From the NCBI GenBank assembly GCA_051294905.1, contig CM119371.1, forward strand, positions 5,954,001 through 6,018,000: DNA of 64,000 bases, given 5' to 3'. The stretch is from Botryllus schlosseri. Lineage: Eukaryota. A program made the translations under genes and the position numbers. Numbering within the stretch: the stretch's first letter is position 1; each line of letters opens with the position of its first letter. The notes beneath the pieces were generated by a model. That model searched no databases. It was not told where the DNA came from and was given only the letters and a program-made list of their open reading frames with translations. Positions 26,485 to 37,471 of the stretch are shown here, piece by piece.

Positions 26485-28691
26485 CAGGGTTGTAATGACT
26501 CGACTCGAGTCACGATTTTTTGATGATTCGACTCGACTCGAGTCAATTAGTGTATTGACTCGACTTGGACTCAAGTCATTGCGCATGACTCGGACTGAGT
26601 CATATGACTCGAGACTCATACGGCCAAGACCGAGATTTCATTGTAATTTTGGAGAATAGTAAGGTAACCACACTCTTGGGTTTTTGTCTATTGGCACTGG
26701 TACTTGAAAATGCAACCAGAAACTGCTAAAAGTGACAAAAATCATTTTTTCTGAATGCAAACCACTCGATATCACCAGACAAAGTTACAAAAAGTGGATT
26801 TAAAAAGACTTTAACTGGAAACTGAGCAGTCAACACAATGACTTGGACTCGGACTCGAGTCATAATACCATGACTTGGACTCAAACCTCTAATCGCTGAC
26901 TCGGACTCGGTCTTGACTCGGTGGTGCATTGAAAATGACTCGACTTGACTCGAGTCAAAACTGTAAAAGTGAGATTGACTTGTGTCACTTTGCAAAAATT
27001 ACTTGACTTGACTTGACTCGACGACTCAGAAATGCGGATTGACTCGTGACTCGGAGCAAAATTCACGAGTCAATTTCAAGTCATTAAGTAAACGGTGTCG
27101 ATTAAATCACCCTATATTATGTATGTTTTGGTTGTTAGCGATACGCCGCTGTCACTTGCCAGAGCAACCAGTCTTCAATAATTATAAGTTTCACTGATCA
27201 TCCATCGTTACATCACAAATAAATTGACCGCTTACGAAACCATCACACCTACTTTGCAGTGTTGGGATGACTCGAGTCAGACTCGAGTCGCCTTTTTCGT
27301 ATGACTTGACTTGACTCGAGTCACTTTGCTAAAATGACTTGACTTGACTTGACTCGGCGTATCAGAAATGTGGATTGACTCGTGACTCGGAGCAAAATTC
27401 ACGAGTCAATTTCAAGTCATCAAGTAATCTGTGACGATAAAAATCACTGTATCTTGCGCATGTGCGGATTGTTCGCGAGACGCTGGTGTAACCCGTGACA
27501 GCGACCAATCACTCAATGATCGTGCGTTTTACTGAGCCTCCATTGTCCTCTCACAAATTAATTGACCGCAAACGAAGTGATCGAAGCTTGCATCCTACGT
27601 TGTCGTAAACTAGTATAGTGAAGTAATATAGCAAAATGTCTATTTCTGTTCTGTGTTCTTACCTTAACGAAACCTCTTGTAGTATTGAAATTGATTTCGA
27701 ATATAGTTTATATAGTCCTCAACCATTGGCGCAGGCTCGAATTGTATCATATAAATTTGCAAATGGGTAATGCATTGCATCTTATCAATTCGTTTATCCA
27801 TTCTCTATTTTGGCTGGTGACTATAAACAGAGGCTATGCCATTACTTACGTAGTTTAGCAGTTCTACGTATATGTGAACGAGACAGCGCCTTATTGCGTG
27901 TATATTAACCCTATTTTCGGTCATCGGTTCATAATCAATGACCGCTCGCCAATCTGTAAACCAGACCACTAGCAAAATGCAATGACGTAATCATACCTCA
28001 TACTTCGAAAAGGCAACTTGATTTGAATTGTGACTTGACTCGTGACTTGACTTGACTTGACCCGACTTGACTCGAGTCACCTCCAAAAATCGAGTGACTT
28101 GACTTGACTCGAGTCACCTTCGAAAATCGATTGACTTGACTTGACTCGAGTCAAAATATGCAATGACTCGAAATGACTCGTGACTCGAAGGTAGTGACTT
28201 GATCCCAACACTGCTACTTTGTTGTAGTAGCAGTAGATTTATCTAATCGCATCGTATCTCTGTTTCTTGGGCAGCTTAGTGCTTACATTGCGCAGTGCTC
28301 ACCTTTACCAACACTCTTGTATGATTTAAATCGAACGAATATAGTTTATGCCTTTATATTCTCACATAGGTGTAGGTGGGTAGGGCCTATTGTACTAAAT
28401 CAATTTGTTGAACTTCTCGAAGCTTCGTATTCGATCCATTATTGGCTGATAAAATCAGACTGTAGTATGTAGTTATGCAGTTACTCACGTATTTTATTAT
28501 CAGTTCTACGTGTGCGTGAGCGATACAACACCTTTTTGCATGAACATTTAACTTCCTAATCGTCATTTGATTCAAGATAAATGGCCAATTAATCTATCCT
28601 TCACACAGTTAACTAAATGTAATGACTTTGGGTCATCACATATACTTCGAAAATTCAATTTGACTCGAATCGTGACTTGATCCCAACACTG
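26485..28691. mobile_element. Composite of GACTCGAGTC-rich hAT-like MITEs (family B end joined to a family A copy) in a DNAL1 intron
   Basis: Begins CAGGGTTGTAATGACTCG (26485). 26485-~26985 is the inverse of 35330-35893. From ~26990 the sequence is co-linear with family A (27257-28213) and ends GATCCCAACACTG at 28691. Confidence 0.7.
27257..28213. mobile_element. Complete hAT-type MITE (family A), 957 bp
   Basis: TIRs CAGTGTTGGGAT / ATCCCAACACTG; perfect 8-bp TSD CTACTTTG (27249-27256 and 28214-28221); dense subterminal GACTT/GACTCGAGTC motifs. Confidence 0.92.
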
Positions 28692-28823
28692 CTACCCAGT
28701 AAACTACCAATAAGAATATCAAAATTTTGTGAGCCTCGGGTATCGAAAATATGACAACATGAGTTACGACTTGTGCGATTAAAATAAATTACGAAAAGTG
28801 ACCCTTAGCAGTACCTGAGACTC

Positions 28824-29107
28824 AATGTTGTAATGACTCGAGTTCCCTGTTTGTATATATTATGAATGTGAAGCCTTCGATACCACCCAAGACTTTCTCA
28901 GAAGTGAGTTGACCCCGTCGTGAACTCTATGACATGGACTCTAGTCTCAACACCGTGACTCGTACTCGAACCGTTGCTCCCTGACTTGGAATGGGACGTG
29001 ATTCAACGGTGAAGTGGAAAAGACTCGAGTATGACTCAAGAGGACTCGAGTCGAAACTAAAAAAATTGACTTGTGACTCAGAACCTTGGGACTTGGTTAC
29101 AACCCTG
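28824..29107. mobile_element. Degenerate short member of MITE family B
   Basis: Starts caatgttgtaatgactcgag and ends gacttggttacaaccctg, the inverse of the start of 35330. Confidence 0.6.
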
Positions 29108-31035
29108 CGAATTGTGGTTTGTTTTTTAATACGCAATCTAGCATGACCGACCACATCATGCTGCAAACATAGAAAATCAGTAATGAACTTGAGCTAGTCG
29201 CTGATCAGAACGTTGCTGTGCAGATGTTTGGATTTCGCAATTCTAGCTCTTATCATTTTCATGTTCTGTGCAGATTTTGTACATGAGCAATAATGCTGTC
29301 AAGGAGCTTCCGGAATTCAGAAAACTGGCCGACCTACCATGCCTTGTCGATCTCTTGTTTGAAGGTAATTCAATTTATTCAAGACCATGATGTAACTTGT
29401 ACCAAACTTGAATGGTCGAAGTGAATGTAACATATTACACCTGAATTCAACAATTCTTGAATAAAATTTGGCGCTCAGTCTCAAGGTGAAGGATTAGCTG
29501 GCAAAGGAAACCAAGGGAAGAGGGTTATTCTCCTTCCTGGTCGATTTGTAATCGGCTTTGGCATTATCTCTTTTCAATAAGCGATAGTGTCCTTTAGTCC
29601 TTTAAGACTGCTAAAATTTGAAAAACATATTTTTCGGACTGTCCACATTTTTAAAATCAATATCAACCCCGAATGTGATTATGATTAAATTATGCAACAC
29701 GAAAAATGAATTGTAACTTTTATTTAACGTGAAATTTGCTCCTGTCTTTTTGGTACAAATATCCCGTTAAAACCACCGACTCTCCTTTGGCTGTTGGGTT
29801 TCTTTTTGAAGAAATATTTGCTAGATTCTATAATGCAGTCAAATGTCGCTAAATTATACTGTTGAATGTTTTATAATATATATTTCATTCTTGAGCAAGT
29901 TATACCGGTGGGCTAGTTTTCAACAGTTTGAAGCATTTGCAGCATTGACACTTGGTATAGATTTGGCTGACTGGTTGATAAGTTGGCGTGGGCCAGCAGT
30001 GGTCCAAGAACCAGTGTGCTATTGAGACAAGTAACAAAATAATAAGAATTTCACTTTCTTTCTAATGACGTCACTACTTGCTCTCATATATCAACTCACA
30101 GTATTTTACCTTTTCGAAATTCACTTGTAACAATGATGCAAATCTATTCAAAATCCACTTATTATGTATGCAGAAATGACTTTGGCTTTGAAAGGCCTTG
30201 AAGTAGAAGCTGTCTTGAAAGGTTGAAACATAATGACTCGAATAAGTTGTAAAAGTAAACTTGATGGTAAGGGAGGCGATAATGATATGTTGAGATGAAT
30301 GAGGGCACGACAAGGCCAAAAAGTTTGAGGATCACTGCTCTAGGTTTCGCGAGGCCAATCCTGGCAGTTGGCTGAGACTTATTTCAATATTTTTGTATTC
30401 TAGGTAATCCATTGAAAGAAAACCTCGCGGATCCTACTGTTTACTTGGAGATGGTTATGAAGGAACTTCCGAAATAGAAAAAACTTGACAATACACCGAT
30501 TGCCCGCAATGACGACGAAGACTAACCTTGATCCATTTAACGCAGAGAGTTTTGAATAAATTATATTTTATTTTTTGTTGTTGCCTGATAGCTTACAAAG
30601 AACCCTGGCTAGCAGTTTGTAAACTTCGTCAGGGGTAATTGCCAGCACCTAGCTCTATGCTAGGGTTACCAACTTACCATAATACATCCTGGATTCCCCG
30701 GCCATGCCTGGAATTTTGAAGGCCTGAAGCGGCGCCTACGAATATCGCACATTACAGTTGCAGGATATGAGAGGCCGACGCTTACAAAACAGACATCACG
30801 ACTGACTCAATGATTGCTTGCAATCTCACTTCTCGATACCAGACGCCTAGCCATTCAAGTAAGTCTTGTAACAGCCAAAATTAGTACTTTCAGACGAAAC
30901 AACCCAATTAAGAGCCAAGTGACAGCGTCGCAATATCCACCAACACATCACAAGAAGACAATGTAATGAGAATCGCCAACTTGGGCATGTAAAAGTATTT
31001 TAAAGCGTGGTAAAACGAATTCAAGCACGTGAAAA

Positions 31036-32870
31036 TGTTGTGGAATTACTTTGCGTTTGCCGATGATGACTCGTGCTCGTTGATTGTTTTCCTGTGTTCC
31101 TACCGTCGTTAGTATTTCGTGTGTCGTAGTTCTGTTAAGGTTTGGTCGTGAATGAACGTGGTCGTACTTGTGCTGCATCGGTGTAGCCTTTTTCGGTATA
31201 TGATCTAGAAATAGTTCAAGAGGAACACAACAGAGCGTTTCTGGCGACGAGGACGGGATCCTGTGATATATGTGGGATCTGAGCTATTTCAACATTTCCA
31301 GGAAGAGGTTGCAGTGCGACTAAGGTTTATTCGTGAGACGTACATATTTTCAAGTGCGTGACTACCACACCCAACATGTCTGAAGAAGTCGTTAACGTTC
31401 TTAAAGAACAATTAGAACAGCAGCGGGATCAATTAGAACTGCAGCGTAAAGAGTTGGACGAACAGAAGGCATATAACGAACATCAGATGAAAGCGTGGAT
31501 GGAGACACTGCGTCAAATATCTTCTCAGGCGGTCTCCACTGCGCCGGTCAGCAATGTGTTAGTTCTGCCATTTGCTCGATTTGACTCCACAACAGAACTC
31601 TGGACCGATTATTGGGAACGCTTCAGTACATTCATGAGCGCGAGCTCTGTGCCGAATGATAAAGTGGCCCATGTATTCCTTACGAATCAAAGCCCAGTGG
31701 TCTACAAGATGTTGCAGGACATAGCTGCGCAGCAGGCCGATCCAAGAAGATTAATGATCTAAAGGCAGTATTTAAACTGAAAAGCGATTCTTTGAACTTC
31801 GAGACTGTTGTCAAAACAGCAACTGATACGGAAGATGCCGCCAAAGTAGCAGAAGAAACCGTTTATAGTGCAAATCCGAAAACCCGTTTCAAACTAACGT
31901 GGTAAAGTCTTCTTATACAAAGAAAAGTAAAGGAGATGCCCAGAACTCAGAGAGTCGAGTTGCTGGAGATGAAGGGGAAGGAAGAAATCTCTCTGAAAAG
32001 GCGTGTTTTCGATGTGACAAGTGCGGACACTCTCCTGATGAATGCAAATAGCCTGTAGATGCTGTCTGTCATTACTGCGACAAAAGAGGTCACATTCAAC
32101 CAGCATGTCGTATCAAAAAGAAAGATAGGTTGACGGAGAAAGGTGTTAGAAGTGTTAAACATACACGATCTTATCCAGAAATCAAAATCGACGTGCATAT
32201 CAATGAAGACATCCAGTCATTTGAGTTGGATACTGGCGCGAGAGAAAATTTCATGTCCAAAGACAGATGGATCGCTCTGGGAAGACCTGCTATGCAAAAA
32301 GTGAATGCTGAGTTCGAATCTGCATCCTTGAATAAACTGGACACTCTAGGTATACATTCACACCTATAGGTATACATTCACACCTAAGAATGTTTCACTG
32401 ACAGATGTGAACAATCGGTCAGAAATATCTGATTTCTCATTTATAGTTACCGATATACCGAATTTGAACTTGATAGGCCGTAGTGGAATGTTGAAGTTGG
32501 GAATTTCAATTGATGCGCTGCTATACGGTAACAGTGTTGTAAAATCACTTTCCAATGTTGATTTTTCGGAATTGGCCAAACGCTGTGAGGATCAGAAACG
32601 AATTCCCAGAACTTTTCAAATCTGAATTGAGATGTTAAGTTATAGACATTCGATTTAAAAATGATGCGAAACCTATTTTCTGTAAATATCGCCCAGTACC
32701 GTTTGCTATCCGTGATGAGTTATCCCAAGCGTATGATGTAGGGACAGCCAAAGGTGTGTGGCAACATGTCGATTTTAATGATTATGGTACGCCTGTTGTT
32801 CCAATTCGTAAACGATCGCTTCCTGGTAGTAAATCGGGAAAGATTCGTGTGTGCGGCGATTATTCTTCCC
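31036..32870 (+). mobile_element. Truncated, decayed Ty3/Gypsy LTR retrotransposon (Mag-like): 5' LTR, PBS, gag, protease, start of RT
   Basis: Candidate LTR 31036-31232 bounded by TGTTGTG…CACAACA. PBS TGGCGACGAGGACGGGAT at 31242, complementary to a tRNA-Ser 3' end. Gag N-terminus 31358-31762 (FARFDSTTELWTDYWERF), decayed Zn knuckles ~31960-32065, aspartic protease FELDTGA (32130-32369), RT start TPVVPIRK…GKIRVCGDYS (~32790-32866). Rest of pol and 3' LTR absent. Confidence 0.88.
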
Positions 32871-33249
32871 CAGCACATAGGCCGAATGCCACAATGCACT
32901 TGGTACCCCGTGATGTGGTGCTCCGTACCCCGAAGGGGTCTACGGTTCCTGGTTAAGAATAGAAATGTCCAATCGCCGATGAATTCATTGGTGTTACAGC
33001 TGTGAAGCGTATTACTATACCTTACTCGCCACCGATAATAAGATGGATAAAGAGATCAGACAGCACCTAGCATGTAACCAATTATAAGTCACGGGGGTCA
33101 CATAATGCCAATGGATGCCATACTGACCTGACTAGATAGATAGATATATATACCCTACGCAACGCAAGCTTCTCTGAGAAGCGGAAATTTATTTCATGAC
33201 TTTTGCTCATAAAGCTTCAAACGCGATCTGCTAAAATACGTGTATAAAG

Positions 33250-34565
33250 TTAAAAAAAATCCGGATTTTCCAGATCAACAGGACACGTCAGGGGCTGCTA
33301 GATTTCGATATGATGGGTAACGGCTAGATTGCGAAACGGTAGTTTCAAACGTTATTATGGGCCATATTTACTGTGATGAAATATTTGATATGGGTGACAG
33401 ACAATGCGGTTTGAGCGGAACCAAGCAATCCGGTACCTAATTATATTCGCTGATACTTTCGTGAAAACATATATTTGTCACTCCACAACTACTGTGCGAG
33501 AAGCGCAACAAAATTTTTGGGCTTTACTGGACTTTTATGAATAACATAGGTGGTCAAAGTAGTCAAGAAAGCTACTCAAGTGGAAGTAGAGGTAGCGACA
33601 AAAAATTTTAATCAAGTACAAGTAGAAGTACTTCAACAAGCCACCGAAAACTACTTGAAGTAGAAGTAGAATTGACTGACTTTAAATCTACTCAAGTAAG
33701 TAAGTAGTTTTGAAACCAGTCTTTATTCGTTCGCATGGATTGTCAAAAGCTGCAAATTGAGCTATTCATAAGGTGCAGAGAACTTGATTCGTAGTGATGC
33801 ATACCAGAAGGTATCAATTGCCGGCAAAATAAGCATTCTTTCGCATCACGGGATGCAAATTATAGTATTGATATGAAAATGCGATACTAAGCCTCTATAT
33901 ACTAGAAGACCCCGTTTTAGATAATACCATGGCATGGTGCCCTACCCCAGTTTAGGCGAAGAGCAATACGGAGAACTTGAATCGGATACGGTTTCAACAC
34001 TTTGTGCGATTAGTATATGTTAATAACAAATATTGCGGATCGTAAAATTTGTATTGAGTGTAGCTTTATTTTCGGATAATAGAGGCATTACTACACTCGC
34101 TTTTATGCTTCAACATGTAGCCTATGTTCTGCAGACAAACGAACTACAATTAATTAGAACTGAAAGTATGATACTAGCAATTGAAAGCGTAATACAAATA
34201 CCACCTAAAAAGAGCGGAAAATATATTTCTTGTCTTTGTACATAAAGCTGCAAAGGTGATCTGCTAGAACAGGTGTAGGTTAAAAAAGCTGGATTTTCCA
34301 GATTAGCAGGACACGTCATGGGCTGCTAGATTTCGATATGCTGGGTAACTGCTAGATTGCGAAACGGTAGTTTCAAACGTTATTGTGGGCCATATTTACT
34401 GTGTTGAAATATTTGATATAGGCGACAATGCGGTGTGAGCGGGACCAAGCAATCCGGTACCTAAATTATATTCACTGATACTTTCGTGAAAACATATTTG
34501 CCACTCCATAACTGCTGTGCGCGAAGCGCCAAAAAATTTCTGGGATTTTATTTGACTTTAATGAA
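33250..34565 (+). repeat. Diverged direct duplication of ~290 bp (33250-33545 and 34284-34565)
   Basis: Both read ggattttccagat..caggacacgtca.gggctgctagatttcgatatg…aagcaatccggtaccta…ctgtgcg.gaagcgc…gacttt.atgaata. Confidence 0.85.
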
Positions 34566-35250
34566 TATTAAATGTTGGTACTACGTGAAAACAGTCCCAA
34601 AATTTCTCAGGCTATCTTTCGTATTGGGGGAATAAGCTATAACTTCTACTTGACAAACTGAAAATAGCGAAAAGTAAGTAAGTAGATTACTAAATATTAC
34701 GAAGTAGAAGTAGAAGTAGAGAAAATCTTGATCAAGTACCAGAAGTAGAGGAAAACTACTTGAGTACTTCCAAAAAGTAGAAGTACATCGTTACTGACCA
34801 CCTCTGAATATTAAATGTTGGTACTACGTGAAAACAGTCCCAAAATTTCTCAGGCTATCTTTCGTATTGGGGGAATAAGCTACTTCTACTTGACAAACTG
34901 AAAATAGCGAAAAGTAAGTAAGTAGATTACTAAATATTACGAAGTAGAAGTAGAGAAAATCTTGATTAAGTACCAGAAGTAGAGGAAAACTACTTGAGTA
35001 CTTCCAAAAAGTAGAAGTACATCGTTACTGACCACCTCTGAATATTAAATGTTGGTACTACGTGAAAACAGTCCCAAAATTCCTCAGGGGATATTTCGTA
35101 TTGGGGGATTAAACTACTTCTACTTAACAAACTGAAAATAGCGAAAAGTAAGTAAGAGGAAACAAACTGAAAATAGCGAAAAGTAAGTAAGACGAAAACT
35201 ACTTCAGTATTTCCAAAAAGTAGAAGTACTTCGTTACTGATCACCTCTAC
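33547..35250. mobile_element. AGTAGAAGTAG-rich non-autonomous DNA element with its right end triplicated in tandem
   Basis: Left end aggtggtcaaagtag; right ends tactgaccacctctg / tactgatcacctcta at ~34806, ~35040 and ~35250. A ~235-245-bp unit starting gaatattaaatgttggtactacg repeats three times (34563, 34806, 35040). Confidence 0.65.
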
Positions 35251-35329
35251 AAGTAATTCAATGATCATGCGTTTTACTGAACCTGCATCACAATAAATTG
35301 ACCGCAAACGAAGTAATCGGAGCTTACAG

Positions 35330-35893
35330 CGGGGTTGTAACCAAGTCACAAGGTTCAGAGTCACAAGCCAATCTCACTTTTATAGTTTTGTCGCGGGTCA
35401 AGTCGAGTCATTTTCAATTCCCTGCCGAGTCAAGTCCGATTCCAAGTTCAAGTCCGAGTCGCGGATTAGACTGCCGAGTCCGAGTCATAATCATTGTGTT
35501 AACTGTTCAGTTCCAATTTAATATCATTCGAAACCCACTTTTTCCAACTCTTGCTCGGTGATATCGAAAGCTTCGCATTCATAATATACTTATTTTCCTC
35601 ACTTTTAACTGTTTCTCGTAGCATTTTCAAGTACCAGTACTGATAGACGCAATAATAATAGTGTGATAACTTTACTATTCTTCGAAATTAAAATGAAATG
35701 CATGTCTTGGTAGACCCAGTCTCGGGTCATGTGACCTGATCCGAGTCATGCGCAATGACTCGAGTAGCCTACAAGTCGAGTCAATACAAAAAGCGACTCA
35801 ACTCGAGTCGAGTCATTTTTCATTTTTAAGAAAATGACTCGAGTCAAGTCGACTCACCCAAAAATCGCGACTCGAGTCGTCATTTCAACCCTG
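35330..35893. mobile_element. MITE family B, full-length copy inserted in a family A remnant (~35258-36335)
   Basis: Ends CGGGGTTG…CAACCCTG; flanks GCTTACAG / GCTTAACC (eroded TSD). The flanking sequence on both sides is co-linear with 27515-28090. Confidence 0.75.
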
Positions 35894-36936
35894 GCTTAAC
35901 CTACATTGTTGTAAACTGGTAGTAAAGTAATCTAATAGCAAATTATCTATTTCTGTACTATAGACTGCTAAGTGTGCTCTCTGTTCTAACCTTAAACAAA
36001 CCTTATGTTTGATTCATATAGAATTAGAATGGTTTTTAATGCTCGTCAATCATTGTCGAAAACTTAAATTGTATATCATGGATGTGTAGGTGGGTAGTGT
36101 TTTGCATCATATCAATTCGTTTTTAATTTCTGAGGTTGCGTATTCTTTCTATTCTCTATTTTGGCTGATAATTGTAGACTGGGGCTACTACAGTTACTTA
36201 CGTAGTCTATAGGCGCAGTTCTACGTATGGGTCAGCAATACAACGCCAATCTGTATTTCAAACAGCTAACATAAGGCAATGACGTAATCATGCCCCGTGC
36301 TCCGAAATGGAACTTGACTCGAGTCACCTTAAAAAATCAAGTGACATTCTAATCAATCGCCTTCCGCCGCATGCCACCTCATTTTGTTGCTTGCCTTTTT
36401 CAGATTATCTGCTCTTTTCATTCAGTTTGCATGCCCCTTCTCTACTTCGCCTATAGGCCAGGGGGGGCCAAGCTTTTTGACATCCACGGCCCCATTCCAG
36501 GGCATAGTCGTAATGAACCAGCTGAACGCTAAATGCCCATGTTAGTGTGTCTATGTCCATTTCTGGTGAACTACGGACTAATCTATTTCATGATATAGGT
36601 CAACACCATACCCACCGAAAACGCGAATGGTCATTATGGTCATGTTAATAAGGTGCTGCATCTAATCGCGCAAAGCGCGAAAAATTTACATACTTAATAA
36701 TGAATTTCACGATTAATATAGGAAGTTTTACATATTACTATCAAACATTTATCCTTTCTCAACACATGGGCGTGATGAGATTCACCGGTGGAGTTGGATG
36801 GGGTGTTTTCGAAAATCCAGGGCTAGTTATAAATGATGATGTATCTTCGGGCGGGCCTACTGTTATTAGTCACATTGTTGCATGCTGTTATTTCATGACC
36901 TCACATCAGGATTGTCGGTATAGTGAGAAGCAGAGC

Positions 36937-37045
36937 ATGGTATGGTATGGTATGGAAGTATGTTATGGTACGAAATTTCAGTATGGAATATGGAAGAGTG
37001 CAAGTATGGTATGGTATGGAACTTTCCCAAGTATATGGTATGGTG
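36937..37045. repeat. Imperfect (TGGTA)n simple repeat
   Basis: atggtatggtatggtatggaagtatg… interrupted pentamers. Confidence 0.7.
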
Positions 37046-37471
37046 TTTTCCATACTTTGACAGTTTTGCTAGAACCATGACAATAGTCCTAGTTTTGATT
37101 TGTCAAATTGATTGCATACCATCATAACCGTAAACGGTCGACATCTATTTGAAGGCAACGAAGTTTTGCGCCGCGCATATGATGAAAATAATATTATTGA
37201 TGATTATTCCGATTTAACTATCATAAAATGAATGATATTCGACCACTGTCACGTTACAATTGCATTTCTCTTATCGCAACTCCCACTACGTAAATAACCG
37301 AGGTAGAAGTTAACATCGATATTTTTATCAATTTGTTGAACTTCGAAATAATTTTCTGCACTTTAGGAGGATGATCATTATTGATCATCACGCAATATCT
37401 ATTTGACAGAATCACCATTGTAATTCAAAAATATGTTGCTTTTTGAAGCGACGTTACGATATGCAGGCCTA

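Larger units (their letters stand above)
26151..30525 (+). pseudogene. DNAL1: Dynein axonemal light chain 1 (LRR protein), 3' four exons only, with a premature stop
   Basis: Exons with canonical AG/GT and consistent phases: 26151-26206 (NLTILSLSRNLIKNLNSL), 26273-26362 ([30 protein letters not shown]), 29274-29364 (ILYMSNNAVKELPEFRKLADLPCLVDLLFE), 30404-30525 (GNPLKENLADPTVYLEMVMKELPK*KKLDNTPIARNDDED*). Matches the DNAL1/LC1 sequence as I recall it (…[20 protein letters not shown]…ILYMSNN…GNPLE…PKLKKLDGTP). TAG at 30475-30477 replaces Leu; AATAAA at 30555. N-terminal exons not found in the window. Confidence 0.92.

Noticed and set aside
26423..27066. Short ORFs rich in SSRVES/TRLES (also 28927-29166, 35298-35561, 34990-35364, 36700-37127, 46398-46673)
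   Set aside because: They are translations of MITE subterminal motifs, simple repeats or the minisatellite.
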